A DNA stretch of 63,967 nt, counting the filler, from Choristocarpus tenellus KU-1152 (lineage: Eukaryota > Protista > Phaeophyceae), in NCBI GenBank assembly GCA_964200185.2. It is 9 parts of 9 records of this genome, joined end to end, with 100 filler letters (N's around TTAATTAATTAA, not from the genome) between each part and the next. Parts side by side here need not be neighbours in the genome. Positions count along the whole stretch, not along the records: positions 36,388 to 51,745 come from CAXNAD020001012.1; positions 51,846 to 56,038 come from CAXNAD020015760.1; positions 56,139 to 61,096 come from CAXNAD020012377.1; 6 more parts are not named here. One strand, given 5' to 3'. Made by a program: the position numbers and the translations under genes. Each line of letters starts with the position of its first letter. Within the stretch, counting starts at the first letter, position 1. Shown piece after piece: positions 47,621 to 61,196 of this stretch. The notes under the pieces are model-generated. The model was not told the DNA's origin. It made no database searches and saw only the letters and a list, made by a program, of their open reading frames with translations.

Positions 47621-50600
47621 AATTTCACCGCTCACAAAGCCTCACCTGCAACATTGCTAATCTCGTGAAATTCACAAGCCCTACACAAGCACATGGCTAA
47701 TTTCCTCCTTGTTCAGATAATAAAATCAACATGACATTTCCACTCCTAAAAACGTGTTCTTGACTCGAAAAGGCATCCTATCTTAGCTTTTTCCCTATCT
47801 TAATATCATCAAGTATTTGGGTCCCTATGACCGCCTCCTGATACATATGCAGACGCTGTTAGCCCTCTATTCTACATTCACCGTCTCCTGAGGGGGGGTA
47901 GCTGAATTTCGGAGATGGAAATGGAGTGTCAGGGAAAAGGTTTTACATGTCCTAAATTGCTCAAAACAAGGCCTAAGTTGAGCCCCCTCTAACAGCCCTC
48001 CGGCCTTAGAAGGGGATGTTGATGAATATTTGGTATAGTAAATAGTTCTCCCTCTAAGATAGGATGGTGGCTTCAAAATAGAAAAGTGTTCGGATAGGTT
48101 AACAGGCTACATTTCCTATGTGTTGTACTTTCACACCAAGAAGGTCAACTCTTGGTACATATGCGTCGTGGGGACGCACACCCTGAAAAATTCCTATGCA
48201 ACTACGAGTCAAGGTTTCGATCGATATGTAGATATAGTACATTCAAGGTCGATGTTTGCAAACCTTAAGTCTCAGCTGTTCAGAGGCTATGTTGTGAATC
48301 AATTAAGATCCATTGTTAAACTCTTGTTGTGGCACAGAAGAACAGAGGGTGAAGTACGCCAAAGCCACTAAACCCACACAATCGCTCAAACTCAGAGACT
48401 TGACCACCCCAATACCAATACACATGTTGGCCGCGTTGCGTGTGTTTGCCTATCCAATTAAACATTCTGTGCTTCTGTGAAACAACTCAAACTCTTTCCT
48501 TAACAAAATATACCCTTAAGAACCCCCTAACCTACCTATGATGAACCAGCATACATGTTTTCATTATTTACGCTTAGCGTTACTTTCACAAAACTCACTG
48601 TTACATCTTACTTGAATGCAACAGGGTAAGTTTGGTTTAAGAGGTGTAAATCCAACCCTAACAAAAACGGATTGAGAAACTGTGAACTACAATACTGCAT
48701 AGATGTACCTGGTACCATGGTTTGGAGTGTGGAACTATGTAATAGGTACAAATCTACTCCGAAAAATATCTGGAATCCACACACATGTCAAGGGTTGGAA
48801 AGTCAATTTAATTTGATCTTCAATTATCACTCTGAAGAGGAAGGTATCAATCGATGCTTTCTCTGGAGAAAGCCAGTTCAACCATACTGTTCTGATGCTT
48901 ATTTCCTTACCTCTAACAAAGTGTTGCTTACCTCATTCTTGATCTTTATAACTACACACTTTCTATTTTTTCTAGATTATTGAATTATTACAGTTTCAAC
49001 ACCAAATATAAAATCACCCAAGAACAGTTTTGTTTTCTTCATCAAATCCTACTTCTCTTGATACTTTTCAGAACAGTAGTGACGATGAGCAAATTCTCAT
49101 ATATTACATTACCAACCTTAACAATACATATGAAACCTATAATGTTATCCTCCCACGTCACAAAGATCAGATTGAGGGGTGGCTACTAGGTGGTTCGTAG
49201 TGAAGAGTAGGCTGTGTTGGATATTTCAACTTCAATCCGTCAACCATCACCCTACCATGAATCAAAACGAAGAGACCTTCCATAGAGTAGCTGTTACAAT
49301 CTGATAGCCGAATACAACTTGCTACAATGTATTTGCATTTATGTCTAAAATACGACTTGGTCCCTCCACAATTCGGTACTTTTTTTTTTACGAGCGTACT
49401 TCACCCTCACCTCACCTTTCGTAATAACAGATATCGTCTCTAGATCATTCTCTTGATATTTTTATCGAATGTGCCAAAATGGTTTTGTAGTAGATTGATT
49501 ACCTAGTAAAATGACATTTGAGACTTCTGTTCCACCTACTTAGTACCATTCCTACCTCACACCATCGGCGTCCTTTTTTCACCAAACCCTAAACCTTGTG
49601 CTATCACCAACACACACATCCACACACAAATTAACTAGCCAATTTCGGCACATCCACTCACAAAACGATGTGGCAGGCACACCCACGAACACTATATTGG
49701 TCGTTAACATGGATCAGTGGGTAAGGTTGCTCCTACCTTCGCCAATTTGCCGCAATCAAACTCTGTGAACGCTATATATAGATAATTTCATTAATAGAAA
49801 TCTGATTTTGAATATCTGGATTCAGTATTGCTATTTCACATGGCAAGGTCAGCACAGTGTATACACCCGTATGCTGACTACTGATTGGTAATTCTAGTGT
49901 CTTCTGACTTATTGTCCGGAACATCTCCAATTACCTCCACCCTACATAGCCCCTTGACCCGTGGTCAGGAGGCAGACCACACTGCACCATTTCTTCCACC
50001 CAACGAACTACCTGCATTACAACTAATTGCACGGCCCTATCCGTACCTTGATTAGATCTCGTGCGTTCCAACTCTCGTCTCTCCACCTCCTCCCTCGAGT
50101 CTTGTGCGTACTCCCTCCGTCCACAATGAATCTTCATCTCCACAACCCAGATCTTTCCACGTATTTGTTCGTTTATGGACTTTCACAGTTTGGTGTAAAA
50201 AACAAGAAACTCGTCTATCTATGATTTATTTATAATAGCTTTTCAATAAACGCGTTTGTTTTTTCGTATACACTAAGTAGCAACAGCCCTCACTACCCGT
50301 ATCCCACTGGCTGCAATATCATGCCTTGAGACATAATATTATTCAACTACGCCTTGAACTGGTCCTTTCTTGTGATAGGGGAGGAATATGTATCTATGGG
50401 GTCTTTCAATGTGCTCACATTTATTTGTAGATGAATTATTTCTCCTTGGTACCTTGATATAGACATGTGTTTTGTTAGATTATTGAGACGCTTCCCTAGC
50501 TCTTCACTCTGGGGTGCAGAGCTAAGCTAGATTGGCAGCACAGGAGGGCAGTGGTGTAGCATAGCTGGTAGCAAAATAATAGATAGATGATAGAAAAATG

Positions 50601-51586
50601 TCTTCCACATTTACGACAACTGTTACTTTTTCAGGGGGATTCCGATATTTGGATGGCTTTTCATTAGTTTTTCCCTTGAGACATCTGCAAAAAGTTAGCA
50701 GGCATCAAAATAAAATATTTGCAATTTTGTTGTACTGTAGGGGGGAAGTGCATAGCGTTATACTGCCCTGCCGACCTCCAATTCTGACTTGGTGGAATTT
50801 CGGAATTTCCTGATTAGTCGGTGACCAACCGAGGCATAGGCTTCAATTTAGAATGCTGATTGTGTAATGGTGGTCATGGGGTGATTAATGTGATGGACTT
50901 TCCTTTATATAAAAAAAACGTCACGAAAGTCCCTTCACATCACTTAAAAAGTGTGGTGAGGAAGACTGGCGAGGAAGACTGTACTGCTGTCTGTGATCCT
51001 TTCTAAAATAGTTGACGATGTTGCATCTCACTTGCTCACTCTTCTTTGATCCATCGACCCTGCTTTCTCTCATTGCACGTCCATGCATTAAATCATTTTC
51101 TCATATCTCTGGAACCTACGTACGTGCACCACTGTTATTCAGAGTAGTATATGGATACTTGGGAGTAAAGGAATTCATGGAGTCCAGCAAGTATGACGTT
51201 CCAAGCAGGGTAACTTTTTGCTCATTCCTTCAAGTCAAATTGGTTTACTGTGGTGAGCCACAAGGTGCATTGAAGAAAATATCCTACGTGGCAGCAGAAG
51301 ACCCTCTAACCCTGCTTGCACCGTATTGCATTTCAGCTTTTTTTCAGAGAGGAGGTTGGCATGATGTGAAGATCATATCGAAATCAGACTATAAATTCTG
51401 GTGATTACTGCTGTGGAGCCTCTTGTCGAGAACGTGAATGAACTCTTGTGTGGTGTACTATATAAGGATCTGTTAGTTGAGAGAAAAGCAATATGAATTA
51501 TGCCCTATAGAACAGTAGAAGAGGGCTGATGGGTTTGGATGTAGAAATGGCTCTACAGGAAGATGAGTTCACGAATAGGCACATGA

Positions 51587-51745
51587 GACTCAAAGTATCT
51601 GGGAGGGGGTGGCGGCTGTCCATTTGGGGCCATTTTTTTTATCTTGGGGATTTTTTGGTGATTTGGTTGCACACGTCGGATGGATAAGGTAAGTGTACTT
51701 TTCCTAGTTATGACCGAAATGGACACCCTGGTGCAGACCCCCTCC
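51587..51745 (+). mobile_element. MITE family 2, nearly full copy at contig end
   Basis: gactcaaagtatctgggagggggtggcggctgtccatttgg...tcggatggataa...aaatggacaccctggtg. Aligns with 34783-34979. Confidence 0.85.
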
Positions 51746-51845
51746 NNNNNNNNNNNNNNNNNNNNNNNNNNNNNNNNNNNNNNNNNNNNTTAATTAATTA
51801 ANNNNNNNNNNNNNNNNNNNNNNNNNNNNNNNNNNNNNNNNNNNN
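51746..51845. other. Artificial contig linker
   Basis: N44-TTAATTAATTAA-N44. Confidence 0.98.
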
Positions 51846-51976
51846 GGGGGGGGGGGATAGGAGTAGCTGTACCCCCTTGACCTTGTTGCTCTCTTTTCTT
51901 TTTTTTTGCTCTACAGCATCCTGTATCCCTTCATAATTATTACTCTTGTTATGTAATCTTGGGATCACTTGAACAG

Positions 51977-54433
51977 GGTACTGAAACCTACTCCAACAAT
52001 AAAACAAGGAGACCGGCTAAGGTAGCACCCTCAGGTTTGGGAGCAAGGGCTTCGGCAGTGCCTGGAGTGTGGGTAGAGGATGAATTCCATACTCCTGAGG
52101 AAAAGATAAACCACATCAATAACCAGGTAATAGAGAGGAGGAATGCTAGGGAGGAGAGGGCTGGGTGGGGTGGGGATGTAGTGAACCTCTAGTGAGTTTT
52201 TGGTAGTATGATGTGAGCTTTATAGATATTGAGAAGGCATGCTGTGAAGTGAGGTTGAGAGGAGTTGGTAATGGTGGGGAAGGGGAGGGGGAGTGATGAC
52301 TGGGCACACGAGAGGCTGGATAGAGGGAGGATGGTGTGAGATACATTGTGATGTTGTGCTGTTCGACACTAGCTGGTGTCTGAAACGAACATAGCATTAG
52401 GGCTATATCTGCAATACCCACAAATACACACTTAAGCTTATTTATTTCGGAAGAATTTGATACAATAGAGCCGCTTCATCCCTAGCACCTTAGCTTTTAA
52501 ATCACGTAAATTGCGCTATTATGCACTCACAGTTACGACGATGTCACTCATTGCTTGAAGTTTAAACGTTGTGTTAGGAATAGTTTCTGGTCCTGAAGGA
52601 ACAAAAAAAAATCGTTCTTTTTAAAATGTTTTTGTGTGGACCTTGGGAATTCAATGTTGTTGGAAATACGGTTGTTGCTCCTGCCGTATTTGCACGCTCC
52701 TAAATTGACAGTGTTATTGGTGGAAGTTTCTATCTGCAAAAGGTTCCTTGATTCTTTGGAGCATGCCAGGAGGCCCCACGGTGCAGTAAGGTCAAATTAG
52801 TGTTTTTTGGTGTATCTTTTTTAATGCCCACTTTTTGTTCCCTCCCCGGGGTTTTTAACTCTCTTTTGATGGTGGTTTCCAATAAATTTATTTTTGGTGA
52901 CTACGATATACCTACTGCAGAACACGGTGTGGTGATTTCAACTAAATTTACATTTTTGTTAAGGGTGTCTGCATTCAAGATCAACTGGATATTTGTGTAT
53001 GAAAATTGACTGCTTTCGTTGATACTACTCAAAATGCCCCAACCCCCGCCTATATATTGACGTATATATTAATATATGGTTGTACATATTCTCTAAGGAA
53101 CATAACATACATACGTAACAATTTTACCCTTGTGCCTGGATGCAGATTACCTGGGAAGGCGGTGTCACGGGGGGCTGGCCTCAGCACGAGCATGACACCT
53201 TCCTCCGAATGTGGACCCAGGTAAGACTGAGCATAACTATGAGTAACAACGGAACAGGAAAAAAATTCTAAGAAAAAGTGGTATCAATTGTAATACTGAA
53301 GGTGCGCAGGTGAGGTTTATGTCCTAGTAGTATCTAGTTAATCTTAATAAAAGAATAACTGTGGGTAGGAATGGGGTTAGGCTTCCTCGCTCTGTGATTG
53401 CAGGTGTGGTGTACTGGGGTATGTTTTTTTTTCAATCTGGTTAATTAATTTCTCGAGGTCATCTCTGGGGTTATGGCTAGAGTTCAGGGCTAGGACCCGG
53501 ACCAGGGCAAGGGCTAGGGTTATGGTTGTCTTGGAGGTATGTAGGTGCTTTTGCATTGGTCTTGACTGTAACCAAGGTTCGGGTTTGGATGACAGATATT
53601 GTTGGTTTTGGCTTACGGATACCTTTTTTTGTCATGTGGCCAAGCTAGTCCAGTACATGCAATTGTAGGGTCAAGGTTGGAAGTTCATTCTGAGAGTTGG
53701 GGGGGTGAAGAGGACGGATGGGTTTGATATCAATACTTTTGATGCTACACGTAGTCTGGGCTAAAATAGAATTGGCAGATTCCGATGAAACTATACTTTT
53801 TTTTCTGGTGAATCCTACACTATGGAGAGGGAGCTGAGTGGGGGGACTAGTAATGGGTGGAAGAGAACTGCGATTGGGGAAGAGGGTGGCATGCTGAAAT
53901 ACCAGTATGTGCATCAAGTGTGTGATAGCAATAGTTGGGGGGGCAACTTGTCCACATGGAAAAATTAGCAGTTGTATGGGAGTATGATAAAGGGCAGGAC
54001 TTGCAGAGTATTACCATTCCTGAGAACTTGACAACAGACTGTCTTCAAGAAAAGGGATGGGGGGGGGGGGGGGGGAAGGAATAGTTTTTTACCAATGCGG
54101 AAAAGGGTTTTTTTTTTTTTTTCTTTTTCTTTTCTGCCCCCCAAAAGGGNNNNNNNNNNTCTTTTACTATAAGGGGTTTGAAATTATTATAAATTCAAAA
54201 AAAAATAAAAAATTTTTTTATAAAAAAGGGGGGGGGGGGGGGGGGGGGGGGAAGGAATAGTTTCTGACCAATGACGTAACAGGTTTTTGTTTTTGTCTCT
54301 TATGCACTTCTGACCCCCAAAAGGGTAGGCAAGTGCCTGTGGTATGGTGGAAACTGACCAATCAGCATTATTCGGAAGTGCTCTTAACCAGTCAGAAATG
54401 ATGATGACAGCAAGCGCACTGCCTACGTAACAT

Positions 54434-54478
<45 letters not shown>

Positions 54479-55184
54479 TCTCTCCCCCTTTTTTCCCCCC
54501 TGGTTTTTTTTCCAAAAAANNNNNNNNNGCCTACGTAACATCCCCCCCCCCTCCCCCCCTCCCCCCCGCCATACTCCACATTCTTCTCTCTCCCTTTTTT
54601 GAACCATGTGTCTTTTGCAACAAAAGATTGCAGGCACATCGGGTAGAACAGATCCGTTGAAAACCATCACAGCTTCATCCACCGTTAACACAGCTAGAGC
54701 AGCCCAAGAGCCCACCGTGACCCTCCCCTGCGACAGAAGAGGGGACTTGGAAGGCGATTGCACCAATGACTGTGGGGATGGGGATGGGGATGTTGGAGGG
54801 ATAAGAAGAGTCAAGGTCATAGGTATCAACCACTTCGGCAGGAAGAGTGGCGACCAACACTATGTTGGTTATGGGTCATACTTGAGTGATCATGGTGGCA
54901 GGTTAAGTCCAGTTTTTTCCTGTTGTGGGAGTGGGTGTTCGTCGGAGAGTGGGGGGGATGATGACATTCCCCATGACACTCCCCATGACACTCCCCATGC
55001 TGGAGATCGAATGGAAACGTTGATCTTGTGCTTGGTAGACAGGGCAGGGGTGTTGTTGCCTACAAGGGGGTCTGAGGAGCTGAGGGAGCATCTTTTGTGG
55101 CATGAGAGGTACTGTGCTCGATTGGAGATGAAGAAGAGGCTTGCTGCGGAATGGCGGGACAACAAGGAGAGGGACAGGAGGGAG
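51977..55184 (+). CDS. CCDC112: Internal exons of a CCDC112-like coiled-coil protein
   Basis: Phase-0 exons 51977-52126, 53146-53220, 54627-55184. ITWEGGVTGGWPQHEHDTFLRMWTQ and LLPTRGSEELREHLLWHERYCARLEMKKRLAAEWR match the CCDC112 pattern GG..GGW...DH..F.. / LP....E...H..W.......KK.....W. Confidence 0.75.
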
Positions 55185-56038
55185 GTGAGGTTTGTTGAGA
55201 GTTTCTTTGGGTGTGCTTGGGAGGTGGAGTGCCTGCAAATTTGTTCTTGAGGATGATTTGAATGTGCAGTTTGAGGGGAAGTTTTTGTGGGAGAATTATA
55301 GGTCAGTACCTCCTGTTTCCTATTCTAGGGATGATTGATAGTACGTAAGCCGTACTCTGTATGCAATTTCATTGCCTACTCTGTTTTATTGTCTCCTTTT
55401 ATAGGTTGATGCAAGCTGTTGTGAATGGAGAGGATGTCTTTTGAGTGAGTTTTTTTATTGTACTGTAAAGAAAGGGCCTGGAGGAGCGGGCAGGAAACTC
55501 TCACCCTGTGTGGTGTGTGGTGTCTGTACAATACAAGGTGGCCGGATGAGTTGTGGGAAGCCTACCTGGTGAAGAAAGAACTGCCTCGTATTCCCAGAGC
55601 CTTCCTTACACTGACCCCCATAGTCCTAAGAATATGGTTTTGTTCTTGAACTGGAGTTTAATATGGACTATAAAGTTGGTGTTTTAAAGTGTTTTTAGAG
55701 GAGGATGATGATGGTGACAGGAATGTGAGGATACATGCAGTCGAATAGCAAGGACAGCTAGGCAAATATTTATTTGAGAGAGCAAACTTCCTATGTACTA
55801 TCAGGTCATGACTGTCTTCAAGAAAAAAAGGGTTCAGCTCTCGACGACAACCCTTTCCACATTCTTGGAGTGTATGTACCAGGATGCTTATTTCTGTTCT
55901 CTGAGTAACTCTTCTCCTAGTCCATTACATAAGTCGATAGGAATACCCCACCTTCTCCCCCCCTCCCTCCTCCCCCCTCCCCCCTCCCCCCTCACCCACG
56001 CACAATCATTAATATTAACCTGTGGTGTGTACGTGCAT

Positions 56039-56138
56039 NNNNNNNNNNNNNNNNNNNNNNNNNNNNNNNNNNNNNNNNNNNNTTAATTAATTAANNNNNN
56101 NNNNNNNNNNNNNNNNNNNNNNNNNNNNNNNNNNNNNN
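56039..56138. other. Artificial contig linker
   Basis: N44-TTAATTAATTAA-N44. Confidence 0.98.
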
Positions 56139-56555
56139 TTGGTTTTCCCCCCCCCCCTCCCCCCCCCCCCCCCCCCCCCCCCCCCCTCTTGCCCCAATTC
56201 TGTCCAATTGGCTCTAGGTACGTTTGTTTTTGGTTTAGTGTGTTCAATATCTTATGTGTTGTGGTTGGTTGCTGGGGTGCCGTTGGAGGGGTTGATGACC
56301 TAGCTAAATCCCTCATTAGCATCAGAGAAACAGTTGGAGAGGAGTAGTGAAGCAGAGTAGATTTGTGATGAAGGCGTGATTAGCAAGGTAGGTGTAACCC
56401 TTCCTTTTTTTGAAGAGGGTGAGAGTATCTCTGCATGTGGCTCATGCTGATTTGTCTTGTAGTGCACCGTGGAAGCAATGATGAATGAGGGCAATAGCCA
56501 AGACGTTGGCACAATTATATGTGTGAGTGTGTGTTGGACAAGAAGATTGAAGTAG

Positions 56556-56557
<2 letters not shown>

Positions 56558-56605
<48 letters not shown>
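56558..56605. repeat. (CA)n microsatellite
   Basis: Perfect run of about 24 units. Confidence 0.95.
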
Positions 56606-56607
<2 letters not shown>

Positions 56608-59600
56608 CTTACAGCATACCTTCCTGTGGTACCCCTATATCGATTCTAAGTATTTTTTGTTTTTGTATGTACTGAGTGAAAAGGGGGAATACTAGGCAAC
56701 TTGATTGGACAGGGACGAGTCATTTTTGTTCATTCAGTTGATGGGAGGTGTAAGTGTCCTATTGTCTCACTGGGGAGAGAGGAAGGGTAGGCAGTAGTCT
56801 CTTGCAGGGTGGAGAGTGAACGGCAGTTATCTTCAATGCCTTTTTGGTTCAAAATGTGGAGGTGATGGCGGTTATCGCAAATGTCAGGGAGGAAGCTATA
56901 GGAATGTGCAATGTGTGGGGAGTTTCAACACCAACAGGTGAAATATATGCAGTGGCAACGTTGGAGCAGTCACGCTACTGATACTACTGCTACGACTAAT
57001 TCTTGACAGTTGCGCAGTTGAGGAACAAGGAAACGCCTTGTCAACTCTGTTACTTAGGCCAAGCAACATTCTTGCCTCTCAAGTGTCACACTTCAAGTGT
57101 GTATCGGTACATACCTCAGGATGTGAGGGTGATAATCGTGACAATCATATCACCCTGTGTCTGTATTGCTCCACTTACATTTTTGTTAAGTTGATGTTCT
57201 AGCTGCCAGATTGACAGCGGTCATTTCACTCAAAGATTCATCCTGAGAGTAAGAAGGCCCATCTGACGACTAGTGTGCAAGCGTGGACATGTATGTAGCC
57301 GAGCAATGCAGACGCCTCGACATGTGCAAAGATGCTGCTCCCCTGGCAGAAATAGCCCATAAAAAGTCGAAAACTCCCACAGCAGCTTCCACTCACACCT
57401 GGACCTCCCTATCATGCCAAATGATGCAAGCACTATTAATAGTATGTGATGGAAATACTTTAATCAGGTTGAGGTTTAGTCTGTAACACAGTACGATGAA
57501 GAAAGAAGTCATTGATGGTATAAGCAGAATCAATTCTACCGCTCATGGTAAATATTAATGTCGTACCATTCCGTCCAATGCCGACTCTTGTTCGACGGAG
57601 AGTGGGAGATTTCGCGATCAGTTTGCAGTACGCGGACTATAAATTGAAAGGGTCACACACTTGAAATCTCAAGAAGGAAATAATATTTAAAAGATGTGTA
57701 CATTATTGATTTTTATTAACACAGAATGGCAATGTTAACTCTCGATGTTGGCTGTTGTAGTAGTGAGGGGAGCTCTGGGTAGGGGGGGGGGGGGGGGGGG
57801 AANNNNNNNNNNGTATTGTTGTAGGGTGGGGGTGTGGGGTGGGTGTGGGGGGGGGGGGGCGGGGGGGGGGGGGGGTGGTGGGGGGGGTAAAATTAGGCAG
57901 AGATATCCTTGTTGTTCAAGAGGGTGTTCAGAACAAGTGCAACTCTGATTTCCTCCCTGCATTCTGTTGGATCAATACTTTTTTTTCCTTGTAAAGTGGA
58001 ACAGTATACCAAAACAGGTTTTTGATTTAAGCTCATGAAAAAATTTAAAATATGCCTAAGTGAGAAAGAACAGTGAGCAGAGGCCTTGTTTCAGAGGTCC
58101 AGAAAGATTTATCCGATCACGATTCTCTGATGGTATAGTACACTCCATTGTTTAGAGGAAGAGATTTGCTGGGCTCTTTTGGGCAATACATGGAAGTGTT
58201 GAACTTGAAGGAAATTTACCCTCATCTGGCACGCCACTTCAAGACAACATACATAGTATGCATGATGCCATCATGTTACTGTTCATTGCTTGATAATATT
58301 GTTTCAAAATTACCTTGAAAATCTGGCTCTTCAATTTATTTGTAGTTTGCACAATAGTAGTGTGTTGAATGGCCCTACATGCCAATTACCTCTCTCAGGA
58401 CAGATATTGAGCTCAAAAACACAAGAAAACCTTGGAAATAATCGGGGATGGAGAGATTTGCCTGTTGGTTTTCCTTTGGAGTGGGATAAGTGTATGTTCA
58501 ATTATATTGTGCAAACTACAATGCTCCTTCAACTGTTCCTGGTGATCAGTTTCAAGTCAAAATCCGTCAATTTCTATGATTTCATACAATTAACTCAGCA
58601 ATATACATATCACTCCCTACAACCAAGGTGATACTGTATTATCATGACCTCTAATTGGTGCGGTGGGTGTTCATGGTCTGAGCAGAGTGTAGGTGGGAGA
58701 GGGCAAGAGCTGATACATTAATGATGCCCTACTGTCTTGCATATCAAGAAACTTTTCAAAAAATGAAGCAATCTCAGGTTCCATGGAAACCCTCACCTGA
58801 CCTAGATAAAACAGGTACAGGATACAATAAAATGCATTGAAGCCAAGGTATCAATGCAATCAAATCTACCTTTATTTCCTTACCTTATCAAGGGGGTGTC
58901 CACATAAACCTTGTACCCACCAGTAGACTTCCTAGTCAAATAATTTGCCCACACCCCTAACCATCCATCGTTCAACTGACCCAGATATTATTGTTTCTTG
59001 AATGATAGAAATTACATTTTTGATGAGAAAAGTCCCGTAAGCATGGGACCATCCATCAACATTTCCTCGCAAAAATGAAATATCCATAGATATGACAAGA
59101 GTGTGCCTGAAGTCCCTGGAGACTTCAGAGGTTCACCTTCACCTTATACATTCATTCAGCATTACAATCTTTGTTGAACCAAACACAGATAAATCAACAG
59201 TTTCATCTGATGCACAATGGGAGACATTGAATAACATTTCATGTGCCACAAATTTCTTGGAAGTCCATCAACTGTTGTTGGGGTACTGATTGTTTTGTTA
59301 AGTAGCCTCCCCCCCTTCACACCATTTCTGTGATTTTGAAAGGCCTGAAATATTTTTAAATGGTGGCTTTAGAGTTCCTACAAACTTGGAACTTGGTGGA
59401 GATGCAAATCCTTGTCATGAGTTGATGTATTGACCCCAAGAATAAGCAGGCATTCTTACCGATCAAGACAAATTCATCTCAGGTACTGCTCAGTAAACCG
59501 GTCAGTAGGTATGACAATAGCTTCAGTTCTCTCTCATTAAGATCTTATGTGTTTCAATAAGCAACCCAGAAACAGGACCCCAAACACCAAAACGGAAACA

Positions 59601-59838
59601 TGGGACAAACCCGACCTGCATCCATCACCTCAAATCTTTCCCAGGAGCTGAAAAAAACCTTGGATATGCAAAAGTAGTCTCACTTTCACACACTGAACTT
59701 TCCTATCTAAACACAAGCAAAAGATCAAGTGCACACAGCAACAACCTCCATGTAGAGTCCCCCCCACTCCCCAAATCGATCGATGTAAGAGTCCTGCAGA
59801 CCAGTGTAATGCTCTTACAACATAAGGAAGGCATGTAC

Positions 59839-60972
59839 TTAAGCCACAAGGGCAGAGGCAGAGGAACTCTCATACTTCCAGTTGGCTGCCAGCTTACGGT
59901 TTGTGCGGTAGTAACGAGCCAGGCGGTGGATTCGGGACTCAATGAGGATGAGACGGAACTTAGCGTCCTTGTCCCTACGGTTGCGCTCCAGGTGCTTACG
60001 TACGGCCACAGCCTTCTTGATAAGCATATAAAGGTCCTCAGGGATCTCAGCGGCAAGGCCTGCCACATCAACGAAGGCCACATACACGAGCAAATGTGGA
60101 AAATTGTTGACAAGAGTAGATGTGCATTCTTGGTGAGAGCAACCTTTTAACATTGCACAAAGAACATGATTGATATGAGAGATGTCGATGTTTGAGGTGT
60201 GTGCTGAAGGGCTTATTGGACGAGGTTCGCAATAGACATATCAACTGGAAGATGGTAAGTTTACCTTGAGACATAATTTCATGCACAAGAATTCGTGAGC
60301 AGCAAGGGATAAGAACTCTAGAAGATTATGTAAAAAGGGGTAACACTAGATTTTGGATGGCACTAAAAACATACCATTAAAATGATTATCATGGGAAATA
60401 TCAAGACATCTGAGCCCAATGAATAAGATGAGATAGATTACCAGTAGCTAATAATTGCAACTCTTCACCTATTGTCCATCCGTAACATCTCACCTTGGGC
60501 CTTGAGCACACGCAAGATCTTGGAGCCAGTGATGGCACGCACCTGGGCGATTCCGTTTGAGTCACGGAGGATGACACCAATCTGCTTGTCCATCAAGGCA
60601 TTAATTCGGGGAGGAACACGTCCGACATAGGGAATGCTACTATCAAAATAGTGTTCAAGTTGTGTGAACAACGGCAAGCGTTAATAACACCGAAGTTGCC
60701 TGTTATTTGCAAAATGAGATTGCATTTGAAGTATGACATGAGAATTACGACGCTATGTACAATCAATGCAGAATTGTCAGATAAAAATTTCAGAATATCA
60801 ACATCAAATACTGGAGTCCACGTGCCTGGGAGGGAGTGAGACCCTTCTTGGCGAGCTTGCACACATGGTCAGTGACCTCTTGGGCAGAGATCTTCAGCCA
60901 AGAGGGAGGACTCCTCTTGTATGGCAGCGAAGACTTAGAAATACCCTTACCAGCGCTGTGCATGCGACCCAT
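59839..60972 (-). CDS. RPS13: 40S ribosomal protein S13/uS15 (3 exons, 151 aa)
   Basis: Exons 60972-60826, 60581-60494, 60059-59839 (456 nt). [12 protein letters not shown]...[16 protein letters not shown]...[46 protein letters not shown]. First intron is GC-AG. Confidence 0.97.
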
Positions 60973-61096
60973 CTGGTGGACGCACCGGACATATCATTCG
61001 ATCCAGCCGACCGTCATACGTGGAGAGGACACCCAAAGCACATGTTCCCAACAAATAGCGGTCGTGGTGGCATGGTGGGGGGGAGGGAGGGACCGC

Positions 61097-61196
61097 NNNN
61101 NNNNNNNNNNNNNNNNNNNNNNNNNNNNNNNNNNNNNNNNTTAATTAATTAANNNNNNNNNNNNNNNNNNNNNNNNNNNNNNNNNNNNNNNNNNNN
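61097..61196. other. Artificial contig linker
   Basis: N44-TTAATTAATTAA-N44. Confidence 0.98.

Noticed and set aside
48831-48875. Hammerhead ribozyme (CTGAAGA followed by a hairpin)
   Set aside because: GAAA does not follow stem II directly, and stems I and III cannot be formed.
54057-54600. Duplicated poly-G/poly-C segments around short N gaps and the resulting Gly/Pro-rich ORFs (also 57780-57890)
   Set aside because: Same flank repeated in low-quality form either side of a scaffold gap. Artefact, not coding.
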